DNA from: Spirochaetaceae bacterium
GTDB taxonomy: Bacteria > Spirochaetota > Spirochaetia > DSM-2461
Direction: 5' to 3'
Assembly (NCBI GenBank): GCA_051531975.1
Contig: JAOPTT010000009.1
Span: forward strand, 160,001-224,000
DNA length: 64,000 bases
The translations under genes were made by a program, and so were the position numbers. How positions within the stretch are numbered: position 1 is the first letter of the stretch; each line of letters begins with the position of its first letter. Shown piece by piece: positions 30,705 through 40,656 of this stretch. The notes under the pieces are model-generated. The model ran no database searches, was not told the origin of the DNA, and saw only the letters and a program-made list of their open reading frames with translations.

Positions 30705-31118
30705 ATGATGATAAAAGAACGAATAGCTGAATTAGTAGAAGATTTAGAACTTTTTGACCAGGATATTGAAAAATATGAGTACATAGTTGATCTTGGTAAA
30801 AAGCTTAGACCACTTAGTGCGGATCTGCAAAAAGATGAATTTTTAGTTCAGGGTTGTACTTCCAAGGTTTGGTTAATATCAGAATATATCGATGGAAAGA
30901 TTATATATAAAGCTGATAGTAACTCTGTCATAGTTAAAGGATTAATATCCATCCTTGTATCAATATTCCAAGAGTTAACTCCAGACCAAATATTAGACTA
31001 CGATATAAAAGGCTTAGAAGACTTAGGTTTAACAGAGATAATAAGCCCAACAAGGCAAAACGGTGTATTCCACATGGTAGAAAAAATAAGACATTATGCC
31101 AAAGTATACGGAGGATAA
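30705..31118 (+). CDS. sufE: Sulfur acceptor SufE
   Basis: VQGCTSKVW, ISPTRQNG. Confidence 0.92.
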   Translation: MMIKERIAELVEDLELFDQDIEKYEYIVDLGKKLRPLSADLQKDEFLVQGCTSKVWLISEYIDGKIIYKADSNSVIVKGLISILVSIFQELTPDQILDYDIKGLEDLGLTEIISPTRQNGVFHMVEKIRHYAKVYGG

Positions 31119-31120
31119 TA

Positions 31121-31441
31121 ATGAATTTAAGAGAGACTGTAATAGATAAATTAAAAAATATATATGACCCAGAAATCCCAGTAGATATTTATAACCTAGG
31201 ATTAATATACGATGTAAGTTTCGAAGAGTGCAGCAAAGGATATTATTGTAATATTCTAATGACTTTCACATCACCAAACTGCCCAGTTGCAGACTTCTTA
31301 GTTGACTGCGTAGACCGATCTGTAAGTAAAATAGAAGAAGTATTTAAAGTAGAAATCAAGATAACCTTTGATCCCCCCTGGGATAGAAGTAAAATAAGTG
31401 ATGAGGGTAGGGAGCTATTTGAGATGGAGAATGTCATGTAA
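31121..31441 (+). CDS. DUF59/SufT metal-sulfur cluster assembly factor
   Basis: YDPEIPVDIYNLGLIY, TSPNCPVA, FDPPW. Confidence 0.9.
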   Translation: MNLRETVIDKLKNIYDPEIPVDIYNLGLIYDVSFEECSKGYYCNILMTFTSPNCPVADFLVDCVDRSVSKIEEVFKVEIKITFDPPWDRSKISDEGRELFEMENVM

Positions 31442-31790
31442 CAGATTACAATTATAATCTAATCCGACACTATTTAAATCTAAATAGAATGATACAAAAT
31501 ACAAATAGTATAACTACAAAACAAGTGGTGTAAAACAGTGAAGTCAGGATAAATATGTTATGTACACGGGATACACATGATGTAACCTTCAAGTACATGT
31601 TTTGGCTATTTATGAACACGAAAACTACCGTATGTCCCAAAATTATGATAATATGTACTTATGAGTGAAATAGCAAATAATAAGTTATAAAAATTACCAC
31701 CAATCATGTATTGTTTAAGCTACTTTAAATAAAGCTACCCACTCTAAACTCACAAGAGCCAAAAAATTATTACTAATACTATTACAATTC

Positions 31791-31942
31791 CTTTATCATT
31801 ATATTTTTACTAAAATTTAATTTTATTTAAATAAGTTGTAACTTTTTGAAAGTTGAGTTGTCTTATTAGATATACAACGTAATAATTTTCGTTTAAACGT
31901 ACTCCTTTTTTCGGATCCTGCTACTAGCAGGGTCTTTTTTTA
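31791..31942 (+). repeat. Dispersed non-coding element, copy 1
   Basis: Nearly identical to 58028-58180 and similar to the reverse complement of 60397-60525. Confidence 0.92.
31871..31941 (+). ncRNA. Candidate ECF-sigma-dependent sRNA, copy 1
   Basis: TGTAAC(31837)-N17-GTCTTA promoter-like motif, anti-SD CTCCTT, GGATCCTGCT-act-AGCAGGGTCT hairpin + T tract; no ORF. Confidence 0.55.
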
Positions 31943-31949
31943 TTATAAA

Positions 31950-33734
31950 CTATCTTCTAATCATTCTAACAACGACCCAAATACTCAAAGATATAATATA
32001 TGGTATGGATATTACTGATGTTCCAAGGGCAATCCAAAAAGCAAAAAGGAAAATCTGGGGTAAATTGTTGTAAATAGGGTTTAATAGATATTTTGTAAAT
32101 CCACTTTCTCTTTTTATTGTAATCCCAGCAGATATAGCAAATCCAATAAGGGATATAACAGCTGTTATCACACTTGTAGCAAACCATGAAGACATAGCTA
32201 ATAATGGGCTGAAAACTGTTATTAAACTCAATCCCATAGTAGTTAGAAGTCTTAAGGAGATGAAGGTTTTTTCTCTAGAGTTTAATAAGAATAGATCATT
32301 TTTTATATTTTTTTTAGTTAATAAAAATACAAAGATGGATATTAACATTCCAGGTATAAGGAAGAGCCATCCATTCTCCAAACCCGGTTTAAAGATAGAC
32401 TTACCTATTAATGGAAAGTCTTCTGATTCAGTTCTGGCTGATGACATTATTAATTTCATATCTTTAACAATTTCACTATTTTCATCTGCAACATTAATTT
32501 TTTCACCAGGATCTGTTTTAAGGTTATATAGTTCTATTGGCCCATTTGGAAATAGACGGACAAATTTTCTAACAGCTTTCCAGTCATCTTTCCTAACAGC
32601 CTGAAGCCCAACATTTTCATGGAATTCCCAATACAGGTAGTCATGTGTTTCCTGTTCATCTTTGTTACCAAGGAGGGTAGGCAGATATGAGATTCCGTCT
32701 ATATTATCCGGTTTTTTTATTCCGTATATATCTGCCACAGTAGGCATAAAATCCCAGAATGCTGAAGGATGGTCACTAACCTGCCCAGGAGTTATTGTTC
32801 CTGGCCATTTTGCAATTAGCGGTATTCTAATTCCACCTTCGTATAGATCTCTTTTAATACCTCTAAATGGACCAGAGCTGTTAAAAAACTCTGGATCTGC
32901 ACCACCCTCTGCATGTGGCCCATTATCACTACTGAACATGATTAGAGTATTTTCATCAATTCCCAACTTTTCAAGTTTATCAATAATTTGACCTATATCG
33001 CTGTCCATTCTTGTCATCATTGCTGCAAACTTCTTCATGTTTTCAGGCCATGGTTGGTCTTTGTATGGTTCTATATCAGGAACCTGAAGCGCTGCATGGG
33101 GTATCGCGTATGCTAGATAGAGGAAAAAAGCATTGTTCCTGTTCTCTTCTATATATTCCAGTGTTTTATCTGTAAAAAGATCGTGAGTATAAGTTTCCCC
33201 ATCCAGTTCTAATATATTCTGATTTTCCCATATGTAGTCCGGGTAGTAGTTATGTGCCTGTCTTTGACAGTTATATCCGTAAAATTCATCAAATCCCTGT
33301 TTTTCAGGGGTTCCAGAACTTTCTGGGTATCCTAATCCCCACTTTCCAAATACTGCAGTCTCAATATCTTCATCCTGAAGCATTTGAGCAACTGTATATG
33401 TATTTTCAGTTAGAGGATGTTGACCTTCAGGCTGGACTTCCTTGTTTCCTCTAATATCAGTATGCCCTGTATGTTTACCGGTTAATAGACAACTTCTAGA
33501 TGGAGCACATACTGGAGCACCAGCATAGTGGTCTGTAAACATTATTCCATCATCGGCCATTTTATCAATATTGGGGGTTAATATCGTATCCTGTCCATAT
33601 TTACCAAAATCTCCATAACCCGCATCATCCGATAAGATAAATATGATATTAGGTCTTGTATCATTTACCTCTTTAGCCAATATAATTCTTGGTAATATAA
33701 GACCCATAATAATAAATAACACTATTTTTACCAT
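31950..33734 (-). CDS. Arylsulfatase (Cys-type) with C-terminal membrane domain
   Basis: RPNIIFILSDD, CAPSR, GKWG, SDNG, KRDLYEGG; start moved to 33734; hydrophobic C-terminus. Confidence 0.88.
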   Translation of the reverse strand: MVKIVLFIIMGLILPRIILAKEVNDTRPNIIFILSDDAGYGDFGKYGQDTILTPNIDKMADDGIMFTDHYAGAPVCAPSRSCLLTGKHTGHTDIRGNKEVQPEGQHPLTENTYTVAQMLQDEDIETAVFGKWGLGYPESSGTPEKQGFDEFYGYNCQRQAHNYYPDYIWENQNILELDGETYTHDLFTDKTLEYIEENRNNAFFLYLAYAIPHAALQVPDIEPYKDQPWPENMKKFAAMMTRMDSDIGQIIDKLEKLGIDENTLIMFSSDNGPHAEGGADPEFFNSSGPFRGIKRDLYEGGIRIPLIAKWPGTITPGQVSDHPSAFWDFMPTVADIYGIKKPDNIDGISYLPTLLGNKDEQETHDYLYWEFHENVGLQAVRKDDWKAVRKFVRLFPNGPIELYNLKTDPGEKINVADENSEIVKDMKLIMSSARTESEDFPLIGKSIFKPGLENGWLFLIPGMLISIFVFLLTKKNIKNDLFLLNSREKTFISLRLLTTMGLSLITVFSPLLAMSSWFATSVITAVISLIGFAISAGITIKRESGFTKYLLNPIYNNLPQIFLFAFWIALGTSVISIPYIISLSIWVVVRMIRR

Positions 33735-33893
33735 GTTATTATTAATTGAATTGTCTAGTTTAATATAAAATTTTGCCAAAAGACCCACCTTCAATTTTAC
33801 TTTAACATTGAATTTGTGTTTGTCAAGTAAAAAATGCCACACGTGTGCCATTGCTTGATAAATATGAAACTAATAAGTGCTCTAGAAAAATAA

Positions 33894-35810
33894 TTATTGA
33901 AGGTTTTCCTTTTTATATTCACCTGGTGTTTTACCAAAATACTTTTTAAAAAGAGTAAAAAAGTAATTACTATTTAAAAATCCAGATTCAAGCGCAACTT
34001 GAGCCATAGGTTTATCACTATTTATGATAATCTCAGTAGCCTTATTTAATCGGAATTGATTAATCTCTTTTTGAATGGAATGTGATGAAACACTTCTAAA
34101 GACCTTCATAAGATATCCTGTTGAAAATCCAAGCTGGTCTGCGATAAAGTCAGCTGACAAGTTTAAATTCATATACTCTTTTTGTATAATACTACGCACC
34201 TGATCAATAATACGTGATTGTGATCCTGAGCGTTGCTTATTTAATGATATGATAATTAATTGAAAAACCTCTTTAAATCTTGCTCCTATCTCTTCTGCTG
34301 TATCAAGACCTTCTAGTTCAAATATTAATGTTAATACATCCGTGTTATTTTCTTCACTTCTAAGATCAAACAAATCTTCTAATAAATTACTTAGAGTTAC
34401 AATTAACCTAAGGATAACTGCTTTGTAAACCCTATATCCATAGGGTATAACATCTTCCATAATTTCATTAAATAATAATTCCGCTTCATCCTGTTTACAA
34501 AGTTTTAGTTTTTCACATAATCTAGCTTCTTTATCTACTGGAAATATAAAAGCAACCTCAGGGACTTCTGGTAACTGCTCTAGCCATGTTATTCCAGGTT
34601 CCTTTAGTCTATAACGTTCTTCTAAAAGTTTGCGAATTAAAGAAAGGGCTGTATCAGGACTTTCCCCTGAGTATTCTGTGTTGGAGGCTGCTGCATAGAA
34701 CAGTAGATCTGTATTATTGTAAGCCTCTCTAATTACCTCTTCTGAGAATTCTATAAAGTTTGGACTTTTATTGGTTGATTGCAAAACAAACAGAATGTTC
34801 TGATCTACATTATATCCGGAAATAACCCAATCTTTTGACTTTCCCGATTTTTTAATTATAGTTTCTGCAGATAAAACCGCTTCATTAAATTTTAAACGCC
34901 CTAATGAACGCAGAGTTTCACTGTGTTTTGCTATTGTTAATGCTAAAAAGTAGAATTTTTTATTTGGATCAAATCCAAGATTGGTTAATAATTTTTTTTG
35001 TCTACCAGTGTCAGTTACACCTTTAATAAATAGCTCTCTAAATGTTGACCTTTCAGTAACTTCCTCTAACCTTTTTTTCTCCTGGGTGTACCTGACAATT
35101 TTTCTCTTCCAGGATAATCCAATAATTATAAATATAATGATTACTACCAGATCAACAATAAATACAAAATTAAACCGTCGTGTTTCAATTTCAATCATCT
35201 TTTTTAAATGTTGTATAAGTTCATTTAGAAAACTATCAAATGTCTCTCCAGCATCATCTAAAATCTTAATTGATGAGATTAGTTTTACTCCTAACTGAAG
35301 CTCCTCTGGTTTTATCCTTTTTAGTAGCCGTAATTTATAAAATTCCTCGATTAAACTTCCTCTAACCAGTTTTTCTGCGAAACCAATATCTATTATTTCT
35401 TTTAGGATAGAATCTATATCGGAAAATACATCATCGGTTAATGTCCATAAACTAATTGTTTTTTCAGTAATTATTGATATATCAGGGTTTAGTTCTAAAG
35501 TCCCTATCTGAATTGACAACTCATTTAACTGTTTATTCAGGGAAACTCGTTTTTCCTTCCAATCAAATACGAGTTTTTTAAATAGTTCAGTTCTGTCACC
35601 ATAAGGATTATTTTGATGTTTTAAAAGAAGGTCAATTGTTGCAACATCCATGGCATTCCATTCTGTTACAACTTCCTGACTTAATAGCAGTACATTTTTT
35701 AAACGTGAATTTCTAAATTCTGATAAAACTGTAAATGAGATTAGAATAAAAAATATAGACAATAACAGTGGTAAAAGGATGAAATTCCACCACTTCATTT
35801 TGTAAATCAT
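33894..35810 (-). CDS. Membrane-anchored AraC family regulator
   Basis: Two TMs flanking a periplasmic domain; C-terminal GFLNSNYFFTLFKKYFGKTPGEY. Confidence 0.85.
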   Translation of the reverse strand: MIYKMKWWNFILLPLLLSIFFILISFTVLSEFRNSRLKNVLLLSQEVVTEWNAMDVATIDLLLKHQNNPYGDRTELFKKLVFDWKEKRVSLNKQLNELSIQIGTLELNPDISIITEKTISLWTLTDDVFSDIDSILKEIIDIGFAEKLVRGSLIEEFYKLRLLKRIKPEELQLGVKLISSIKILDDAGETFDSFLNELIQHLKKMIEIETRRFNFVFIVDLVVIIIFIIIGLSWKRKIVRYTQEKKRLEEVTERSTFRELFIKGVTDTGRQKKLLTNLGFDPNKKFYFLALTIAKHSETLRSLGRLKFNEAVLSAETIIKKSGKSKDWVISGYNVDQNILFVLQSTNKSPNFIEFSEEVIREAYNNTDLLFYAAASNTEYSGESPDTALSLIRKLLEERYRLKEPGITWLEQLPEVPEVAFIFPVDKEARLCEKLKLCKQDEAELLFNEIMEDVIPYGYRVYKAVILRLIVTLSNLLEDLFDLRSEENNTDVLTLIFELEGLDTAEEIGARFKEVFQLIIISLNKQRSGSQSRIIDQVRSIIQKEYMNLNLSADFIADQLGFSTGYLMKVFRSVSSHSIQKEINQFRLNKATEIIINSDKPMAQVALESGFLNSNYFFTLFKKYFGKTPGEYKKENLQ

Positions 35811-35936
35811 TGTAGAATAATAACATAATATACTTCTTTTTTAAACTATTATTGGATCTTAGAATTGAGCTGAAGAGATAAGAATAAGATTTGATTAGAA
35901 ACTATAAGTATATTAAAATTATTAATAGGGGATAAT

Positions 35937-37235
35937 ATGAAAAGACAGTATTGTTTAACCATAACTATTTTATTCATTACAATATTCCAACTATCATGTA
36001 GTGGAGAGAGTGAAGAAAAAACTAATAACCCTATAATTTTAACAGTATGGGATTATAAATATGGAGAAGTGAATGCAGCAGGTCCAGTTTTCAAAGAGAT
36101 GGATCGTCTATTCATGGAACAATATCCAGACATCATTATAAAACACATTGGTAAATCTAGCGACCGGTATTTTGAGTCTTTAAAAATTGCATTGGCTGGT
36201 GGAACATCTCCTGATATTGCAATGTTTTCAGCTTCTAGTATCAATATACACGGAAATAACCTTATTGATCTTGATGATTATATAAATCCTTGGAGAGACC
36301 AAATCTCCGAATCTATATGGAAAACCTGTACAGTTAACAGAATTATAGGTGATCCTGTAAAAGTCTCTCCAATTACAATACAGGGACGAGGGTTTTATTA
36401 TAACAAAAAACTGTTTATTAAGGCCGGTCTTAATCCTGAAAATCCTCCAGTTGAGTGGAGTGATTTTTTAGCAGCTTGTGAGAAGTTAAAAGATGCGGAT
36501 ATTATTCCAATTATTTGGGGTAATAATAATGCTGAAGATTCAGGATATTGGTTATTCAAAACATTCTTAGGAACTTTTTACAATGATGAAGACCATCGTG
36601 ATTTTATCAGTTCATGGGATTTTAATTCAAAAGAGGTTAAAACTGCTATAAGTATGGTAAAAGAGTTACAGGATAGTGAATATCTGGATCCTCTTGGAAA
36701 CCTAACACCGCTATGGATGGATGCAATAGAAAAATTTAAAGAGGGGCAGGGTGCTATTTTTCATGGCCTTCTCTCTGATATAGCCCATTGGAAGGATTTT
36801 AGTGATACTCTTGGTAAAGACAATATTGGTTATTTCCCTAATATCAATCATCCAAATGCTAAATATAGAGATGCACAAATATTTGCAGGCGCTGGTATTT
36901 CATTTGGAATATACGAAAGTTGTGAAAATAAAGATGCAGCAGCTCTCTATCTTAAACATTACTCAACTGGGGAAGCACTTCTTTTATATTTAAAAAAAGC
37001 CGGAGCACTTCTTCCATATAAAGATCTTGATTATAGTTATACGGGTTATCCCATTGTTTATGAAATTATGAATTCTATAAATAATTTCTCAGTTACAGGT
37101 GGATTTGGACCTAAACTAAATAAAAAATATAATAATGACATCATTTCTAATTTGGAGTTACTTTTGAATACAAAAGAGATAACGGTAGATGAGTTTTTGA
37201 CGGCAATGCAAAACTCTATCGAAGTCATAGAATAG
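35937..37235 (+). CDS. Sugar ABC substrate-binding lipoprotein (paralog 1)
   Basis: Lipobox LSC; YYNKKLF..AGL family-1 SBP motif. Confidence 0.88.
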   Translation: MKRQYCLTITILFITIFQLSCSGESEEKTNNPIILTVWDYKYGEVNAAGPVFKEMDRLFMEQYPDIIIKHIGKSSDRYFESLKIALAGGTSPDIAMFSASSINIHGNNLIDLDDYINPWRDQISESIWKTCTVNRIIGDPVKVSPITIQGRGFYYNKKLFIKAGLNPENPPVEWSDFLAACEKLKDADIIPIIWGNNNAEDSGYWLFKTFLGTFYNDEDHRDFISSWDFNSKEVKTAISMVKELQDSEYLDPLGNLTPLWMDAIEKFKEGQGAIFHGLLSDIAHWKDFSDTLGKDNIGYFPNINHPNAKYRDAQIFAGAGISFGIYESCENKDAAALYLKHYSTGEALLLYLKKAGALLPYKDLDYSYTGYPIVYEIMNSINNFSVTGGFGPKLNKKYNNDIISNLELLLNTKEITVDEFLTAMQNSIEVIE

Positions 37236-37501
37236 ATTAAAATATTTAAATAATATAAAAACTCCTCCTCAAGAACTGTGTATAAAATTCCTTAAAATAG
37301 TCAAAGTGCTGATTTTTAAACTTTTGAACAGATTTCAAAGACCATAAAGAACCATTTTAAATAAAAGATCACTTTTCAAAGTATACGGATTTGGCATCTC
37401 AGCACAATAATTTAATTAAGCTTCAATACAGTCCGGACTCTGTTTAAAGTTTATTACACGCTTATTTAATACAGCATTTAGTTTAATCAAAGGAGATTTA
37501 A

Positions 37502-38800
37502 ATGAAAAAAAGATTTTTTATCGTAGCATGTGTTTTATTTTTTTTAACCCTTCCAGTATTTAGTAATGGGAATAAAGAAGCAAAAGAAGATGGACCAATT
37601 ACATTAACAGTTTGGGACTTTAAATATGGTGAGGCAGAAGCTGCTGGTCCTGTCTTTAGAGAGATGGATAGATTATTTATGGAAAAGAATCCTGGAATAA
37701 TTATTGAGCATATAGCACAGCCAAATGATCGATATTATGAAATATTAAGAGTTGCAATGGCAGGTGGAACTTCTCCAGATGTTGCAATGTTTGGAGCTTC
37801 TCTTATTAATGTAAATGGAGAAGGTTTAATTGATCTTGATAGCTCTATTGATCCATGGAGAAACCAGATTCCTGAAGCTATCTGGACATCTTGTACAACA
37901 AATAAAGTTGCTGGAGACCCTGTTAAAGTCTCTCCAATAACAATTCAAGGCCGGGGTTTTTATTATAACAAAAAGTTATTTAAAGAAGCCGGTCTAGATC
38001 CTGAAAAGGCACCTATTGAATGGGCTGATTTTTTAGCAACATGTGAGCAGTTAAAAGCAGCTGATATTATTCCTATAATTTGGGGAAATAACAATCCTGG
38101 TGATACTGGTCTATGGTTGTTAAGAACATTCCTTGGTAGTTTCTATAATAATGAAGATCATCAAGATTTTATTAGTGGATGGGATTTTACATCACCAGGT
38201 GTTAAAACTGCAGTAAGTATGATTAAAGAGCTTAAAGATAAAGAATATCTTGATCCTAAAGGTATCTATACTCCGTTATGGATGGATGCAATTGAGAAGT
38301 TTAAAGCCGGAGAGGGAGCTATATTCCATGGTCTTCTTTCAGATATCGCTCATTGGAAAGATTTTAGTGATGCACTAGGTGAAGAAAATGTAGGGTATTT
38401 TGCTAATGTAAATCATCCAGATGCTAAATATCGAGATGCTCAGGTTTTTGTTGGAGCAGGTATATCATACGGTATATATGAAAGCAGTAAATACAAAGAA
38501 GCTGCAGCTCTATATCTAAAACATTACTCAGTTGGTGATGCACCACTACTATATCTTGAAAAAACAGGTGCACTGCTTCCAAATGCAGATATTGATTATA
38601 GTAAAACAGGTTATCCAATAGTTAATGATATTATGGATGATGTTAAGAAGTTCTCTGTATATGGAGGATTTGGTCCTAAATTAAATCAACAGATATCTTC
38701 AGATCTTGTTCCTAACTTAGGTCTGTTATTAAATACAGATGAAATTACAGTTGATGATTTTCTGAAAGAGATGCAGAAAAGTCTTGAGAATTCACAATAA
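37502..38800 (+). CDS. Sugar ABC substrate-binding protein (paralog 2)
   Basis: Signal peptide PVFS-NGNKE; YYNKKLFKEAGL. Confidence 0.9.
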   Translation: MKKRFFIVACVLFFLTLPVFSNGNKEAKEDGPITLTVWDFKYGEAEAAGPVFREMDRLFMEKNPGIIIEHIAQPNDRYYEILRVAMAGGTSPDVAMFGASLINVNGEGLIDLDSSIDPWRNQIPEAIWTSCTTNKVAGDPVKVSPITIQGRGFYYNKKLFKEAGLDPEKAPIEWADFLATCEQLKAADIIPIIWGNNNPGDTGLWLLRTFLGSFYNNEDHQDFISGWDFTSPGVKTAVSMIKELKDKEYLDPKGIYTPLWMDAIEKFKAGEGAIFHGLLSDIAHWKDFSDALGEENVGYFANVNHPDAKYRDAQVFVGAGISYGIYESSKYKEAAALYLKHYSVGDAPLLYLEKTGALLPNADIDYSKTGYPIVNDIMDDVKKFSVYGGFGPKLNQQISSDLVPNLGLLLNTDEITVDDFLKEMQKSLENSQ

Positions 38801-38807
38801 GTGAATT

Positions 38808-38830
38808 AGGCCGGTATGGTATATCGGCCT
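38808..38830 (+). other. Intercistronic hairpin after SBP gene
   Basis: aggccggtat-ggt-atatcggcct stem. Confidence 0.55.
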
Positions 38831-38841
38831 TTATTAAAAGG

Positions 38842-39732
38842 ATGTTCAAATTGAGAAAAAAAACAATCAAAATAAACGAAACGTGGGATGCATGGCGATT
38901 ATTAACCCCTTTGATGGTACTAATGGTAGTTTTTATTTTAATACCTGTATTATCTAATTTTTATACTAGTTTTACAAAATGGGATTTAATATCAGCACCA
39001 AAATGGGTTGGATTCAAGAATTTCATTACTACATTTAATGATAAAAGATTTTTAAAGTCATTAGAAAATTCATTTATCCTTATAACTTATATTCCTGTTG
39101 CAACTTTTTTGCCTGTTATTCTCGCAGCTTTTTTAAAAGAAGGTTTACCAGGGTGGGGTATATTTAGAACAATATTATATCTTCCTAACGTAATGGGTGG
39201 AGTTTTAGTTGCTATTTTATATAAAACTTTTTTAAGACCTGATGGACCTTTTAATACTATTTTACGATCAATAGGTCTAAGCATATTGGCAAGAGACTGG
39301 CTTGTAGATAGTTCCCAGTCAATTCATACTGTTGGATTATTAACTATACTGTCTGTATTAGGCTTTGGTTGCATCTTTTTCATAGCTGCTATGAGTAGCA
39401 TTGATAGCTCACTTTATGAAGCGGCTGTTCTTGATGGAGCTAATTGGTGGCAATCATTTATCCATATTACAATACCGTCTATACGGTTTTCAATTGAGTT
39501 TTTTCTAGTTCTTCAGTTTATAAATGTATTTGCCAGGATGTTTGGCTTAATTTATAACCTCACATTTGGGGGTCCAGGGTTTTCAACCTATACATTTGAA
39601 TTTGGTGTATATGTACAGGGATTCCAACAATATAGATATGGTCTTGCAAGTGCATGGTCAGTAATATTGTTTTTCTTCTGCTCAATAATTGCAATAGTCC
39701 AGATAAGACTAATGAAAAGGAATGAATCATGA
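38842..39732 (+). CDS. Sugar ABC permease (MalF-like)
   Basis: LYEAAVLDGA EAA motif, GGPG. Confidence 0.92.
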   Translation: MFKLRKKTIKINETWDAWRLLTPLMVLMVVFILIPVLSNFYTSFTKWDLISAPKWVGFKNFITTFNDKRFLKSLENSFILITYIPVATFLPVILAAFLKEGLPGWGIFRTILYLPNVMGGVLVAILYKTFLRPDGPFNTILRSIGLSILARDWLVDSSQSIHTVGLLTILSVLGFGCIFFIAAMSSIDSSLYEAAVLDGANWWQSFIHITIPSIRFSIEFFLVLQFINVFARMFGLIYNLTFGGPGFSTYTFEFGVYVQGFQQYRYGLASAWSVILFFFCSIIAIVQIRLMKRNES

Positions 39733-40568
39733 ATAATACAATTAAATATAATCCGACACTAAAAATTATAATATATCTAGTTCTAATAGTCTTTTCTACA
39801 CTTGCTATTGGTCCCATAATATTCAGCTTTTTTACAAGTTTCCGTACAAATCCAGATTTTGTAGCTAATACACTAGCACTTCCTAAATCTGCATATTTTG
39901 AAAACTATAAATTTATGATTTTTGATGCTAAAATTTATAGATATTTTGTAAACAATTTAATCATCGGAATAGGTGGTTTATCTATATATATATTTGTTTC
40001 TACCAGTGCCGCATTTGCATTTGGTATACTTAGATTTACAGCAAGAAGAGCTATCTTTTTATTGGTTCTTTTTTTAATGATTTTCCCGCAAATGGTAATA
40101 GCAATACCTCTTTTTAAGATTTGTCTTAAATTGGGTATTTACAATACTAGATTAGGATTAATACTAGCATGGGCTGCATATATTGCACCATTTGGGACAT
40201 ATATGTTAACAACCTATTTTTCAACAATTCCAAGGGCTATATATGAATCTGCTCAAATTGATGGTGCTAAGATATATACAGTATTGTTTAGAATCATGAT
40301 GCCAATTGCTAAACCGATGATAACTACTTTGGCTATTATGGGGTTTTTAGGACTCTGGAACGAGTTTACATTCGCTTTACTTCTGCTTCAAACACCTAAG
40401 CTTCGTACTGTTTCTCTTGGTATTGCAATGTTAGCTGGAGAATATGGATTATCTGTACCAAGACTGTCTGCTGGTATAATGATATCGTCTTTAGTTCCTT
40501 TAGGTGTTTTCCTGATATTCCAAAACCGTGTTGCATTTGGAGCATCGGCAGGATCGGTTAAAGGATAA
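39729..40568 (+). CDS. Sugar ABC permease (MalG-like)
   Basis: IYESAQIDGA, WNEF, GSVKG. Confidence 0.92.
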   Translation: MNNTIKYNPTLKIIIYLVLIVFSTLAIGPIIFSFFTSFRTNPDFVANTLALPKSAYFENYKFMIFDAKIYRYFVNNLIIGIGGLSIYIFVSTSAAFAFGILRFTARRAIFLLVLFLMIFPQMVIAIPLFKICLKLGIYNTRLGLILAWAAYIAPFGTYMLTTYFSTIPRAIYESAQIDGAKIYTVLFRIMMPIAKPMITTLAIMGFLGLWNEFTFALLLLQTPKLRTVSLGIAMLAGEYGLSVPRLSAGIMISSLVPLGVFLIFQNRVAFGASAGSVKG

Positions 40569-40581
40569 TATTCATAAACTA

Positions 40582-40627
40582 TATCACCTGGAGTATAAAC
40601 AGTTATATTTTTATACTCTAGGTGATA
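40582..40627. terminator. Bidirectional terminator
   Basis: 18-bp stem tatcacctggagtataaa/tttatactctaggtgata between convergent genes. Confidence 0.75.
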
Positions 40628-40656
40628 CAAGGGTCGTTTGGTAGTTTGTCTAGTCT

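Noticed and set aside
31442..31790. 350-bp gap after suf containing a 37-codon ORF
   Set aside because: No convincing SD, motif or structure; possibly a decayed remnant.
31749..31800. Hydrophobic peptide (GIVIVLVIIFWLL, minus strand) divergent from sRNA copy 1 as a type I toxin
   Set aside because: There is no in-frame start after the upstream stop, and it is not conserved next to copies 2 and 3.
31791..31942. Repeat element as an integron attC site or IS/MITE
   Set aside because: It has no RYYYAAC...GTTRRRY frame, terminal inverted repeats or target duplication, and no integrase or transposase is in the window.
33835..33850. sigma54-like TGGCAC-N5-TGGCA upstream of the sulfatase
   Set aside because: The -12 element is imperfect, a good sigma70 promoter (TTGACA-16-TAAAGT) is adjacent, and no enhancer-binding protein is nearby.
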